Numbered from the stretch's first letter, positions 17,272 through 26,819 are shown. The stretch: 60,662 nucleotides of DNA from Candidatus Omnitrophota bacterium (GCA_015233335.1 JADFXX010000013.1:1-60662); one strand, 5' to 3'. Notes: generated from the letters alone by a model not told the origin. Made by a program: numbers and translations.

Positions 17272-19653
17272 ATGTTAAAAACTGAATATTTTCAAAGATG
17301 TTCAGGTGTTTCGTTTTTAACAGCCTTTATAACTTTGGCCACACAAATACTGGTTTGCCGCATAGTCTCGGCAAAATTATTTAACAATTATGCTTTTCTT
17401 GTCATAGCACTAACAATGTTGGGATTTGCCGTGTCCGGTGTGATCTTAGCGTTTAACAATAGACTTTTAGACCGGATTCGCAAGAATATTCACTTGCTGG
17501 TATGGTTTTTTGTATTGACGATCATCGGGGGCACGTATTGGTTCTACCACCTATCTCTTTTCATGCCAAATACGTTTAGCGGGAGGATGGCCTACACCCT
17601 ATCATCCTTATATTTCATTTCTTTAGCCGGTTATTTTGCAATTCCTTTTATATTTTCCGGGTTGATTTTGGGGATTCTTTTGACGCACCAGCGATTACCC
17701 ACCAGAAGAATTTATTGTTTTGATTTAATGGGGTCCGCTTTAGGGGCATTGCTGGTCGTTGTTTTTATATCTTATTTAGGAGTAGAGCGAAGTCTGCTGA
17801 TTTTATGCGGGGTGTTCTTGTTAGGGGCCAATGTTCTTCTTCCTTTAAGAGGGAGAGGGAATAAGCTGCTCTTAGGGGCATTTTTTCTTGGGACAGTATT
17901 TTTATATTTCAATTATTTGGATATCTTTAAATTGAAGTATCCGGGGGGCACGCAATTAGCGTTACTAGAGGCACAGTATGTTCAGTGGGATCCGGTTGCA
18001 AGGATAGAGGTTTCAAACATTGATTTGACCAAGAAAGGAATTAATGATCTAGATTTATCCATGATCGGTACAGACAGGGAATTCTATAAGCACATTGAAA
18101 AGTTTTTGACACAAAACAATAATGCAGGGACATGGGCCTATCATTATAATGGGAACATATCTTCTTTAAAGGGTGTTGAGAAAACGATGTATTCTAGCGC
18201 CTACCAAGGGACATCCCTGAGAGCTCCCAATGTTTTGGTTATCGGCATGGGGGCCGGAATGGATATCTTAACGGGGCTTTATTTTAATGCATCTAAGATC
18301 ACCGGTGTTGACATCAATGCAGCGACACATAATGTTCTAAATAATGTTTATAAAGATTATTTTCGATACTGGGTCAATGATCCTAAAGTGACCATGGTTC
18401 AAGATGAAGGCAGGCATTATTTAACGAACTCCAGGGACAAATACGATATTATCCAGGTAACGGGGGTGGATTCCTATTCAGGCACGATGGCCTCCTCCAA
18501 TATATTTGCCGAGAGCTATCTTTACACTAAAGAGGCTATCAAATTATATTATGAAAAATTAACCAAGGACGGCATCATCAACATCATTAGATTGGAATAT
18601 CCCAATCCTCCCAGAGAAATGCTGCGCATGCTGGCGACCACAGTTAGGGTCTTAAGGGAGATGGGCGTCAAAGAACCGGCAAATCATATCGTGATGTTTG
18701 TAAATTATAAGTTTTCGGGGGCTTCTTTGTTAATTAAAAAGGAGCCTTTCAGCGGCGCAGAAATTCAGAAGTTAAAGAACTGGACAGCCTCTATTCCATA
18801 TTTTAAATATATCACTACTCCGGAAATACCCGTGTCATTTTTTCGTATATATCAAACATTTCTCGAATTAAAAGACCCGCAAAAGGAAGAAGCCTTCATT
18901 AGGCAATATCCCCTTGATATAAGTCCGGTTGAGGATGACAAACCTTTCTTTTTTCGATATTCAAGATGGAGTGACTTGTTTACACGCAACATTCCTTTTT
19001 TTGAGTTTAACATAGCCATCTTAGTATCGCTACTTTCTGTTATATCCGCGCTTTGCGTTTTTTTGCCTTTAAAATATTTATTGAAATCCAGCGTCCCTTT
19101 GCCCCATCGATACCGGCATGTCCTGATTTTTTCGTGTCTTGGGGTCGGGTATTTTTTTATTGAAATTGCATTGATGCAGAAGCTGGGGTTATTTTTAGGG
19201 CATCCAAACTATGCAATTTCAGTTGTTTTATCGGGCTTATTGTTGGCAACAGGTATTGGGGCGCTTTACTCAAAAAGCATTATTCAAAGATTCTCTAATA
19301 TCAGGAATGTCACTTCTTTTTTATCCGTATTGATCATGCTGGGGGCGCAATGCATTTTACCTCACTTAAAATCATTGATCGGCTGGAATATCATGGCTAA
19401 AGGGATTTTGGCGTATTCTTTGCTTTTTCCGGTCGGGCTATTGCTGGGCGTTTATTTGCCGGAAGCACTGGAACAATTAAAAAAGAGATATCCCAAATAT
19501 GTCCCTTGGGGCTGGGGCATCAACGGGATTTTTTCGGTGATTGCTCCCGTTATCGCAATGGCCATTTCAGTCACGTTTGGAATCAATTTCTTACTGCTCT
19601 GCAGTGTTCCTTTTTATATAACAGCAGGGTATCTTTTGAACTTGGAGAGGTAG
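17272..19653 (+). CDS. fused polytopic-membrane/spermidine-synthase-like protein
   Basis: 793 aa. About 7 N-terminal TM helices, then a central Rossmann aminopropyl/methyltransferase fold (VLVIGMGAGMDI, GVDIN, DIIQVTGVDS, SYLYTKEA), then about 6 C-terminal TM helices. Confidence 0.7.
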   Translation: MLKTEYFQRCSGVSFLTAFITLATQILVCRIVSAKLFNNYAFLVIALTMLGFAVSGVILAFNNRLLDRIRKNIHLLVWFFVLTIIGGTYWFYHLSLFMPNTFSGRMAYTLSSLYFISLAGYFAIPFIFSGLILGILLTHQRLPTRRIYCFDLMGSALGALLVVVFISYLGVERSLLILCGVFLLGANVLLPLRGRGNKLLLGAFFLGTVFLYFNYLDIFKLKYPGGTQLALLEAQYVQWDPVARIEVSNIDLTKKGINDLDLSMIGTDREFYKHIEKFLTQNNNAGTWAYHYNGNISSLKGVEKTMYSSAYQGTSLRAPNVLVIGMGAGMDILTGLYFNASKITGVDINAATHNVLNNVYKDYFRYWVNDPKVTMVQDEGRHYLTNSRDKYDIIQVTGVDSYSGTMASSNIFAESYLYTKEAIKLYYEKLTKDGIINIIRLEYPNPPREMLRMLATTVRVLREMGVKEPANHIVMFVNYKFSGASLLIKKEPFSGAEIQKLKNWTASIPYFKYITTPEIPVSFFRIYQTFLELKDPQKEEAFIRQYPLDISPVEDDKPFFFRYSRWSDLFTRNIPFFEFNIAILVSLLSVISALCVFLPLKYLLKSSVPLPHRYRHVLIFSCLGVGYFFIEIALMQKLGLFLGHPNYAISVVLSGLLLATGIGALYSKSIIQRFSNIRNVTSFLSVLIMLGAQCILPHLKSLIGWNIMAKGILAYSLLFPVGLLLGVYLPEALEQLKKRYPKYVPWGWGINGIFSVIAPVIAMAISVTFGINFLLLCSVPFYITAGYLLNLER

Positions 19654-19657
19654 GGGT

Positions 19658-21106
19658 TTACAGGTGAAAAAGATACATTCCCTTGACTGCTGTTAAGGCG
19701 GCATCGAGGAATGGGCCTTGAAAGATTCCTATAGTGACTATCCCAAAAATAGCAATGCCCAAGATCAATCGCATACTTAAAGACACTGCAATCGGGGAAG
19801 CGTTGATGGGCAGGTCTACGTAAATGCGTTTGACGATCATCAGGTAATAATAGAGGGAGATAACAATATTAACAGCCGCGACCAGAGCCAGCCATATATA
19901 TCCGCGGTTAACGACAGCCATAAGAAGGGTGAATTTTCCAAAGAATCCTGCTAGGGGAGGGATCCCCGCTAGTGACACCAGAGAGAGCAACAGGCTAAAG
20001 GCTAAAATACCGGAACGTTTTGAAAGTCCGGCATAATCCTCGATTTCATCACGGTGGGTTTCTGCAGAAAACAGGACAATGACCAAAAAGGCCGCCAGAT
20101 TTGTAAATAGATAACCTAAAAGATAGAAATTAATAGCGGCTGCCCCTAACATTGATCCCGCTGAGGCACCCATCAGAAGGAAACCCGCGTGAGCTATGCT
20201 GGAATAACCCAGCAACCGTTTAATATTTGTTTGGTAGATGGCCACCAGATTGCCATAGGTCATGGTGATCGCAGAAAGGATGGCGAGCACTAAACTCCAC
20301 TGCGGATGCCAGCCTGCAAAAATACCGAAAAAAAGACGGATCAGTATTAGAAATCCTGCGGCTTTGGACCCCACGGACAATAGGGCAGTGACCGGGGTGG
20401 GCGCTCCTTGATAAACATCAGGGACCCACATATGAAAAGGGACAGCTGCGATCTTAAAGGCAACCGCTGCAAAAATGAGGACAACGGCAAAAAGGGATAG
20501 GGGCGTCATGGCATGGGTATTGACAAAAGATTGGATCATCTCAAAGCCGGTTGAGCGGGTAACGCCATAAAGCAGGCTCATGCCATAGAGGAAGAAACCA
20601 GAGGCCAAGGAACCTAAAATTAAATATTTCATCCCGGCTTCTATTGAAAGTTTATCGCTTTTAAGATACGCTGTCAGGACATACAACGATATGGTGAGGA
20701 TTTCAATGGCAATAAACATTAAAAGAAAATCCGCACTTGAGGCAATGAAGCATAGACCGATCAAAGCCAGCCACAACAACAAATAGAATTCGTTACGACG
20801 TTGACCTAGGGATTTAAAATATTGTCTGGTCATGGCGAAAATGAACACCATCACCACCAAAAAGAATCCTTTGAAAAACCAGGCCAAGGAATCCATGACG
20901 AACATTTTGTTAAATGTCACCCCGCGTATGTCCCGCTGATCGATCCAAAAAAGGATGAGCCCAAAAAGAAATATAAAGCTTAAGGTGCCGATCCAATCGT
21001 CACGGACATCTTTAGGCAGGAAAATATCCAGCAGCACAAGCATAACCAAAATGATGGTCATGAGGACTTCTAAAGAAATTAAGTTCCAGTGAATGATAGG
21101 CAACAT
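19658..21106 (-). CDS. nuoN: NADH-quinone oxidoreductase subunit N
   Basis: Antiporter-like subunit with MWVPDVYQGAPTPVTALLSVGSKAA, last in the J-K-L-M-N order. I chose the start at MLPIIHW (21106) so that it does not overlap nuoM by 32 nt. Confidence 0.9.
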   Translation of the reverse strand: MLPIIHWNLISLEVLMTIILVMLVLLDIFLPKDVRDDWIGTLSFIFLFGLILFWIDQRDIRGVTFNKMFVMDSLAWFFKGFFLVVMVFIFAMTRQYFKSLGQRRNEFYLLLWLALIGLCFIASSADFLLMFIAIEILTISLYVLTAYLKSDKLSIEAGMKYLILGSLASGFFLYGMSLLYGVTRSTGFEMIQSFVNTHAMTPLSLFAVVLIFAAVAFKIAAVPFHMWVPDVYQGAPTPVTALLSVGSKAAGFLILIRLFFGIFAGWHPQWSLVLAILSAITMTYGNLVAIYQTNIKRLLGYSSIAHAGFLLMGASAGSMLGAAAINFYLLGYLFTNLAAFLVIVLFSAETHRDEIEDYAGLSKRSGILAFSLLLSLVSLAGIPPLAGFFGKFTLLMAVVNRGYIWLALVAAVNIVISLYYYLMIVKRIYVDLPINASPIAVSLSMRLILGIAIFGIVTIGIFQGPFLDAALTAVKGMYLFHL

Positions 21107-21113
21107 AGACTGT

Positions 21114-22601
21114 TCATTGCTCCGAGTTATGCATGCTTGCAACAATCATATTCGTGGTTGAACCAATGTGCCTTATCAAAAATGATGGCCAGCAACCGAC
21201 TAAGATCAGTACGGCCAGCAGAAGCACATAGGGTAATTTTGCTAGGGGTGTTTGAGCGTCCGTCAATTGGGCCCATTGGGGCTTAAGGGGCCCGTGAAAA
21301 CCAAGACGGATCGTTTTAAGCATATAAATAGCCGTGATGACAAGGCCCAGCACGGCGAGGACGGCCGGCAGACGAAATTGGTCCCAAGAACCTAAAAGAA
21401 CCATGATTTCTGCAACAAAATTTGCAAATCCCGGGACACCGGCAGAGGCCAAAGCGGCCATCATAAAACAGGCGGCGATAAAGGGCATACGCTGGCTCAT
21501 TCCGCCTAATTTATCCAGATCACGCGTATGGGTTTGATGGAAGACAAAACCAATCAATGCAAACGCAAGGGCCACCATAACACCATGAGCGAACATAAAA
21601 AATACCACACCGTTTAGACTAATCGTATTAAAACAGGCTAACCCAAGTAAAATGTATCCCATATGGCTGCAACTGGAATACCCAAATATGTATTTTAAAT
21701 CACGCTGGGTCAACGCCACCAGCCCGCAAAAGATAATGTTAAAAACAGCTAAGACGGCAATGATAGGCATCCAGACGTGCGCGGCTTGAGGCATCAATTG
21801 GATGCCGAAACGGATGATCGCGTAGGCCCCCATTTTTTTTAGCACGCCGGCATGGAGCATGCTGACGGCCGTAGGTGCGGCCGCATATCCCTCGGGAGCC
21901 CAGGTATAAAAGGGCCAAAGAGTCAGCGTGATCCCGAAACCCATGACGATCAGGGGAAAAATCCAATACTGAACTTCAATCGGTAAAGGATGAAGGGCTA
22001 AATACTGCTGGGTTTGAATAAGATCAAAGCTGTTTTGGCCTGTCGCATGATACAGGGCAATCAATCCGATCAAAGACAAAGATGCGCCGAGCGTTAAATA
22101 AAGGGTCAATTTCATGGCGGCATGCTCGCGGCGGTCCGATCCCCAGATCGCAATCATCAAAAAGACCGGAATGGCGGCCACTTCATGGAAGAAATAGAAA
22201 AAGAAAATATCCAAAGAAAGGAAAGCGCCATAGGTGCCGATGATTACAGTTAAGAGCAGGATGTGGTATTCCTTGACTCTTTCTGTGACCGGTTTGGATA
22301 TCAAAACAGCGGTGAGGGAAACAATTCCTAAAAGAAGCACAAGCAAGGAATTGATTCCGTCAATCCCAAGGTGATAGGAAATCCCCAAGGGCACAACCCA
22401 GGGAATTTTTTCAATGAACTGAAATCCCCCGCGCACGGGGTCATAAGAGGTAAAAAACCAAATGGACAAAAGGAAAGGTAAAAAGACAGCGATGCCAGAG
22501 ACCCGCCGTATCAAAGAAATGTTATCTGGAGGGATCACACAGAGGGTCCCTAGTCCAAGCAACGGTATTAATAGTATCCAGGAAAGATCGGGTAGGATCA
22601 T
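21114..22601 (-). CDS. nuoM: NADH-quinone oxidoreductase subunit M
   Basis: 495-aa antiporter-like subunit with WAPEGYAAAPTAVSMLHAGVLKKMG, positioned between nuoL and nuoN. Confidence 0.92.
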   Translation of the reverse strand: MILPDLSWILLIPLLGLGTLCVIPPDNISLIRRVSGIAVFLPFLLSIWFFTSYDPVRGGFQFIEKIPWVVPLGISYHLGIDGINSLLVLLLGIVSLTAVLISKPVTERVKEYHILLLTVIIGTYGAFLSLDIFFFYFFHEVAAIPVFLMIAIWGSDRREHAAMKLTLYLTLGASLSLIGLIALYHATGQNSFDLIQTQQYLALHPLPIEVQYWIFPLIVMGFGITLTLWPFYTWAPEGYAAAPTAVSMLHAGVLKKMGAYAIIRFGIQLMPQAAHVWMPIIAVLAVFNIIFCGLVALTQRDLKYIFGYSSCSHMGYILLGLACFNTISLNGVVFFMFAHGVMVALAFALIGFVFHQTHTRDLDKLGGMSQRMPFIAACFMMAALASAGVPGFANFVAEIMVLLGSWDQFRLPAVLAVLGLVITAIYMLKTIRLGFHGPLKPQWAQLTDAQTPLAKLPYVLLLAVLILVGCWPSFLIRHIGSTTNMIVASMHNSEQ

Positions 22602-24436
22602 AAGCTTTTAGCCAATAGTAGGAATATAAACACGGCTCCCAGAACAAAAATCAAGGCATAGAATTGAACTAAGCCCGTTTGTAAATAGCGCAAGACACGG
22701 CCGGAGGCTTTGGTCGTATTTTTTAGTCCGACAACACAGTAATAATCGATGTATATTTTTTCAAATCGAGATAAAATGGTGGCAAGCTTTTGTTGGATAC
22801 AATCCACATACCAGCTGTAGACGGTATCAAAATAATATTTATTCTTTAGAATACCATAGATGGTCTTCCAATGTGTTTCTAATGGGTCGACAACCGGGCG
22901 CTTGCTGTAGAGACGATACGAGAGGCCCAGCCCTAAAACGGCAATAAAAGAAGAAACTAGAGCGATTAGGATATTCGGTGATGGATGATCTTGGTGATCC
23001 AGAAAATGAGGGATGCCTATAAACCCTCCGACTATGGAAAGTATCGCTAAAAAGATAAGGGGAATCGTCATAACTAAAGGCGATTCATGGGAATGGTCAG
23101 CAGAATACGGTTTTCCCCAAAAAGCAACCCAGAACAGGCGTCCCATATAAAAAGACGTCAGGCCGCTGGCTAAGCTTGCGGTTAAATAAAGCAAGGTGTT
23201 GTGGGCATAGGCCAGAGATAAGATTTCATCTTTGCTCCAAAATCCGCTTAAGGGGAAAATACCGCAAAGGGCAAGCGCTCCTATAAGAAATGTGCCGCCG
23301 GTGATAGGCATTTTCTTTAAAAGGCCTTTCATGTTCCAGATATTTTGCTCATGATGAAGGGCGTAGATAACACTGCCCGCGGACAAGAATAAAAGAGCTT
23401 TAAAAAAGGCATGAGTGGTCAGGTGATACATTCCCTGTATGGGGCCGCCTAATCCTAAGGCCATCACCATCAAGCCTAATTGACTAAGAGTAGAATAAGC
23501 CAGGATTCTTTTGATGTCATTCTCAACAACAGCGAGTGTGGCCGCCATCAGTGCGGTGAGGCCGCCAATATAGGCAACCGCCGCGAGGGCGCCTGGGGAA
23601 GGTTCAAAAATAAAAAACATCCGGGCAAGCAAATAGACACCGGCCGCTACCATCGTTGCGGCATGAATGAGGGCGCTGACGGGTGTCGGACCTTCCATGG
23701 CATCAGGCAGCCAAACATGCAAGGGGACTTGTGCGGATTTACCCATCACTCCACAGAAAAATAGTAACGCAACGATCTGCAGTAGGTGGGGATTTATATA
23801 AGGGACTACTGAGGCTAAACGAGTAAGCTCAAAGCTTTTACCCGCGCCCATATCGGATAATCCCCATAATAAAAGGATCCCGCAAAGAAATCCGAAATCA
23901 GCCAAGCGATTAACCATAAAAGCTTTAACCCCAGCATCTGCCGCGGAAGGTTTTTCATGCCAGAAGCCGATGAGTAGATAAGAACTCAAACCGACTAACT
24001 CCCAACAGATGAAAAGTTCGATCAGGTTGTTGGCCAGAACTATGCCTATCATAGAGAAGGCAAATAAGCTTAAAAATGCAAAAAAACGCGGGCTTGCGGG
24101 ATCGTTGGCCATATATCCCTTGGAATAGATAAAAATAGCACTTCCTACACCCGTGACAATTAACAGCATCAGGACACTCAAAGGGTTAACTAGAAAGCCC
24201 CATGAAACTGTCAGGCTATCAAATTGAATCCATGGCAAAGACTGCTGATATTCAACTAGGGGATGAGTGTTGAATATTTGCACAGCGATCAAAAGCGTAC
24301 AAATAAAAGAGGTTAAGATAGCGGCAATAGCCAGGAAGGAACTTAAAGATTTCGATTTTAAGGCACAAAGCGTAATAATCACGCAAGCAGCCAGGGGTAT
24401 AAAAAAAGCTATCCAAACCAAAAGAGGCGTTACCAT
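22598..24436 (-). CDS. nuoL: NADH-quinone oxidoreductase subunit L
   Basis: 612 aa, with WLPDAMEGPTPVSALIHAATMVAAGVYL and a C-terminal lateral-helix region. Confidence 0.93.
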   Translation of the reverse strand: MVTPLLVWIAFFIPLAACVIITLCALKSKSLSSFLAIAAILTSFICTLLIAVQIFNTHPLVEYQQSLPWIQFDSLTVSWGFLVNPLSVLMLLIVTGVGSAIFIYSKGYMANDPASPRFFAFLSLFAFSMIGIVLANNLIELFICWELVGLSSYLLIGFWHEKPSAADAGVKAFMVNRLADFGFLCGILLLWGLSDMGAGKSFELTRLASVVPYINPHLLQIVALLFFCGVMGKSAQVPLHVWLPDAMEGPTPVSALIHAATMVAAGVYLLARMFFIFEPSPGALAAVAYIGGLTALMAATLAVVENDIKRILAYSTLSQLGLMVMALGLGGPIQGMYHLTTHAFFKALLFLSAGSVIYALHHEQNIWNMKGLLKKMPITGGTFLIGALALCGIFPLSGFWSKDEILSLAYAHNTLLYLTASLASGLTSFYMGRLFWVAFWGKPYSADHSHESPLVMTIPLIFLAILSIVGGFIGIPHFLDHQDHPSPNILIALVSSFIAVLGLGLSYRLYSKRPVVDPLETHWKTIYGILKNKYYFDTVYSWYVDCIQQKLATILSRFEKIYIDYYCVVGLKNTTKASGRVLRYLQTGLVQFYALIFVLGAVFIFLLLAKSL

Positions 24437-24732
24437 TTCATTGTCCTTAATTCATCGGCTTGGAGAGTGGAAAGATGGCGGTACATCAATACGACAATGG
24501 CCAGTCCTATAGCGACTTCTGCTGCAGCCACAAGTATGACAAAAAATACGATCAGTTGTCCCGTATAATCCCCATTGAATTTAGAAAAAGTAACAAATGA
24601 AAGGTTACAAGCCGCTAAAAGCAGTTCAAGAGACAAAAGGACTTTTATCACTTGGCGGCTGGTTACGACTCCAATGATACCGATCGAAAAGACAAGGCCG
24701 CTTAATAATAAATAAGCTCCGAGCGGTATCAT
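24430..24732 (-). CDS. nuoK: NADH-quinone oxidoreductase subunit K
   Basis: 100 aa, 3 TM helices, with LVAAAEVAIGLAIV. Confidence 0.93.
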   Translation of the reverse strand: MIPLGAYLLLSGLVFSIGIIGVVTSRQVIKVLLSLELLLAACNLSFVTFSKFNGDYTGQLIVFFVILVAAAEVAIGLAIVVLMYRHLSTLQADELRTMKW

Positions 24733-25250
24733 GAGGGCAGCTCCTCCTTACCGGTACTTAATGCTCCTTGGGCCAATGAAACAATCCCAAAAATAGCGAT
24801 CAACAAAAGAAAGGAAGTTAATTCAAAGGGAAGCAGATAGTCCGTAAAAAGTATTTTGCCAATGGTTTCAATCGTTCCCCGGATTGAACTAGCCCCTAGC
24901 GTATTAGCTTTGATGAAACTCTGGATAGCCCAAAAGAAAGAGGAAGAAAATAATACCCCTGCCAAAATTCCTAATAGACGAAGGCGGCCTTGTTGGGCTG
25001 ATGAAAGGGAGATCGATTGAAGCTCCAGACACATCACGACAAAAAGAAAAAGAACAAGCACTGCTCCGGCATATACTAATAGAAGCACGATCCCGACAAA
25101 GAATGCCTCCAAGAGCACAAAAAGGGAGGACAGGGAGAAAATAGCGACGACTAGAGCCAATACATTGTAGAGAGGATTCCGCGCAAGAATGACTGAAAGG
25201 CTTGCCAAAATTAAGAGGGCGGCAAAAAGGTAGAAGCAGAAAGAAGGCAT
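24729..25250 (-). CDS. nuoJ: NADH-quinone oxidoreductase subunit J
   Basis: MPSFCFYLFAALLILASLSVILARNPLY aligns with typical NuoJ N-termini, and VYAGAVLVLFLFVVM is present. I trimmed the ORF-track TTG start at 25319 to the ATG at 25250. Confidence 0.88.
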   Translation of the reverse strand: MPSFCFYLFAALLILASLSVILARNPLYNVLALVVAIFSLSSLFVLLEAFFVGIVLLLVYAGAVLVLFLFVVMCLELQSISLSSAQQGRLRLLGILAGVLFSSSFFWAIQSFIKANTLGASSIRGTIETIGKILFTDYLLPFELTSFLLLIAIFGIVSLAQGALSTGKEELPS

Positions 25251-25257
25251 GTTTTTA

Positions 25258-25285
25258 ATCATAGGAATAAACTCAATATTGTCAA
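25258..25285 (-). promoter_or_regulatory. candidate sigma70 promoter of nuoJKLMN
   Basis: The minus strand reads TTGACA, 16 nt, TATGAT, 7 nt, ATG (nuoJ). This would give a leaderless or nearly leaderless mRNA. Confidence 0.3.
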
Positions 25286-25386
25286 GAGGATAGTGATATT
25301 CGATTTCAAATGGTATCAAAGTGCTTGTGAGTCAGAGGTCATTGTGATATCTTTATTAGAATACTATTATTCATAAGGATGCCTAA

Positions 25387-26616
25387 ATGGTTGGAACAAC
25401 TAAAAATAAGAAATTAAAGATTACCGCTGCTAAAGAGCTTGAAATTCTACGCAATGTTGTGGATATCGCCTCATCCGAGCTTGACTTGAATTTGACCCTT
25501 CAATTAATCGTGAAAATAGTGACAGAAATGACAGATGCGGATTCTGTTTTTATCTACCTTTTTGATGAAAGCCATAAAAATCTCGTATTGAGGGCTTCAA
25601 AGACCGCCCACAAAAAAGAATTGGGGCAGGTGGTGCTTAAAATCGGCGAAGGCATTACCGGTTGGGTGGCTAGGGAAAATAAGCCGGTCGCTATTAAATC
25701 CCGAGCTTATCGTGACCCGCGATTTAAAAGTTTTGATGTGCTTCCTGAAGACCGTTACGAGGCTTTCCTGTCTGTGCCGATCATCTATAAAGGTCGCGCC
25801 ATCGGAGTTATTAATGTGCAGCATAAAACTCAGCAGGATTATTCCGGGGTTGCCGTTAATTTGATTGAAATGATCGCCAAGCAAGTTGGCGGTATCATTG
25901 AGCATGCTAGGCTTTTTGAAGAAATAAAGAAAAAAGCCCTGCAATTTGATTCCTTAGTTAAGGTCAGCCATTCAATTACCAGTGAGCATTATTTAGACGA
26001 TATTCTCAACCTGATCGTGGTTGTAACTGCGCAAATGCTAAACTCCAAGATTTGTTCGATTATGATTTTAGATGACAAAGGCCAGGAGCTTTCCATTAAA
26101 GCCACCCAATCTTTAAGCCAAGAGTATAAACAGAAGCCTAATATTAAGGTAGAAAACAGCTTAAGCGGCAGCGTGATCAAATCCAAAAAACCAGCTTTTG
26201 TGTATGATGTCAGTAAGGACGAAAAATATGTTTACCGGGATTTGGCAGTTAAAGAAGGATTGACGTCTATGCTGGTTGTGCCAATGGTCGTTAAAGATAA
26301 GGCTATAGGACTCGTTAATGTGTATACCAAAGAGCCTCACGACTTTACAGAAGAAGAAACCAACGTTCTGCAGATGGTGGCCAACCAGGCTGCAGTGGCG
26401 GTTGAAAATACCAAGCTAATGGAGGAATCCTTAAAAGCCAAGGAAGCTCTGGAAACCCGCAAGCTCGTTGAGAGGGCTAAAGGAATTTTAATGAAAATGA
26501 ACAATCTTTCCGAGGACGCTGCTTATCGTTTGATCCATAAAAAAAGCATGGACACCTGCCGAAGCATGAAGGATATTGCTGAGTCGATTATTTTGATGGC
26601 TGAATTACAAAAGTAG
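25387..26616 (+). CDS. GAF-GAF-ANTAR RNA-binding regulator (no receiver domain)
   Basis: Two GAF-like modules (GEGITGWVA and IGVINVQH; IGLVNVYT) and a C-terminal ANTAR segment, ETRKLVERAKGILMKMNNLSEDAAYRLIHKKSMDTCRSMKDIAESII. Confidence 0.85.
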   Translation: MVGTTKNKKLKITAAKELEILRNVVDIASSELDLNLTLQLIVKIVTEMTDADSVFIYLFDESHKNLVLRASKTAHKKELGQVVLKIGEGITGWVARENKPVAIKSRAYRDPRFKSFDVLPEDRYEAFLSVPIIYKGRAIGVINVQHKTQQDYSGVAVNLIEMIAKQVGGIIEHARLFEEIKKKALQFDSLVKVSHSITSEHYLDDILNLIVVVTAQMLNSKICSIMILDDKGQELSIKATQSLSQEYKQKPNIKVENSLSGSVIKSKKPAFVYDVSKDEKYVYRDLAVKEGLTSMLVVPMVVKDKAIGLVNVYTKEPHDFTEEETNVLQMVANQAAVAVENTKLMEESLKAKEALETRKLVERAKGILMKMNNLSEDAAYRLIHKKSMDTCRSMKDIAESIILMAELQK

Positions 26617-26643
26617 GTTTCTCGCTCTCTTGAAAATTATTTA

Positions 26644-26673
26644 TTGACAAAATCAGAGAGAAAGGTGTATATT
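26644..26673 (+). promoter_or_regulatory. sigma70-type promoter upstream of the DUF2934 gene
   Basis: TTGACA (26644-49), 18 nt, TATATT (26668-73), with an A/T-rich upstream tract. Confidence 0.55.
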
Positions 26674-26819
26674 TAATTCCTTCAGGCAGTTACGTTGAAT
26701 TACTATCTTCTTTTAAAGTTTTAAGGAGAAGATTTTTAACTAATACATCACCGCGTTTGCGGTATCAATCCCACCCCGGTCCTAAGCGACCTTGCCGTGG
26801 GGCTAACCAGGAGGGTTTT

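Noticed and set aside
25342-25370. TTGTGA-17-TATTAT as the promoter of the GAF-ANTAR gene.
   Set aside because: The predicted transcription start would fall inside the AAGGA ribosome-binding site of the gene, so the assignment is internally inconsistent. The real promoter was not identified.
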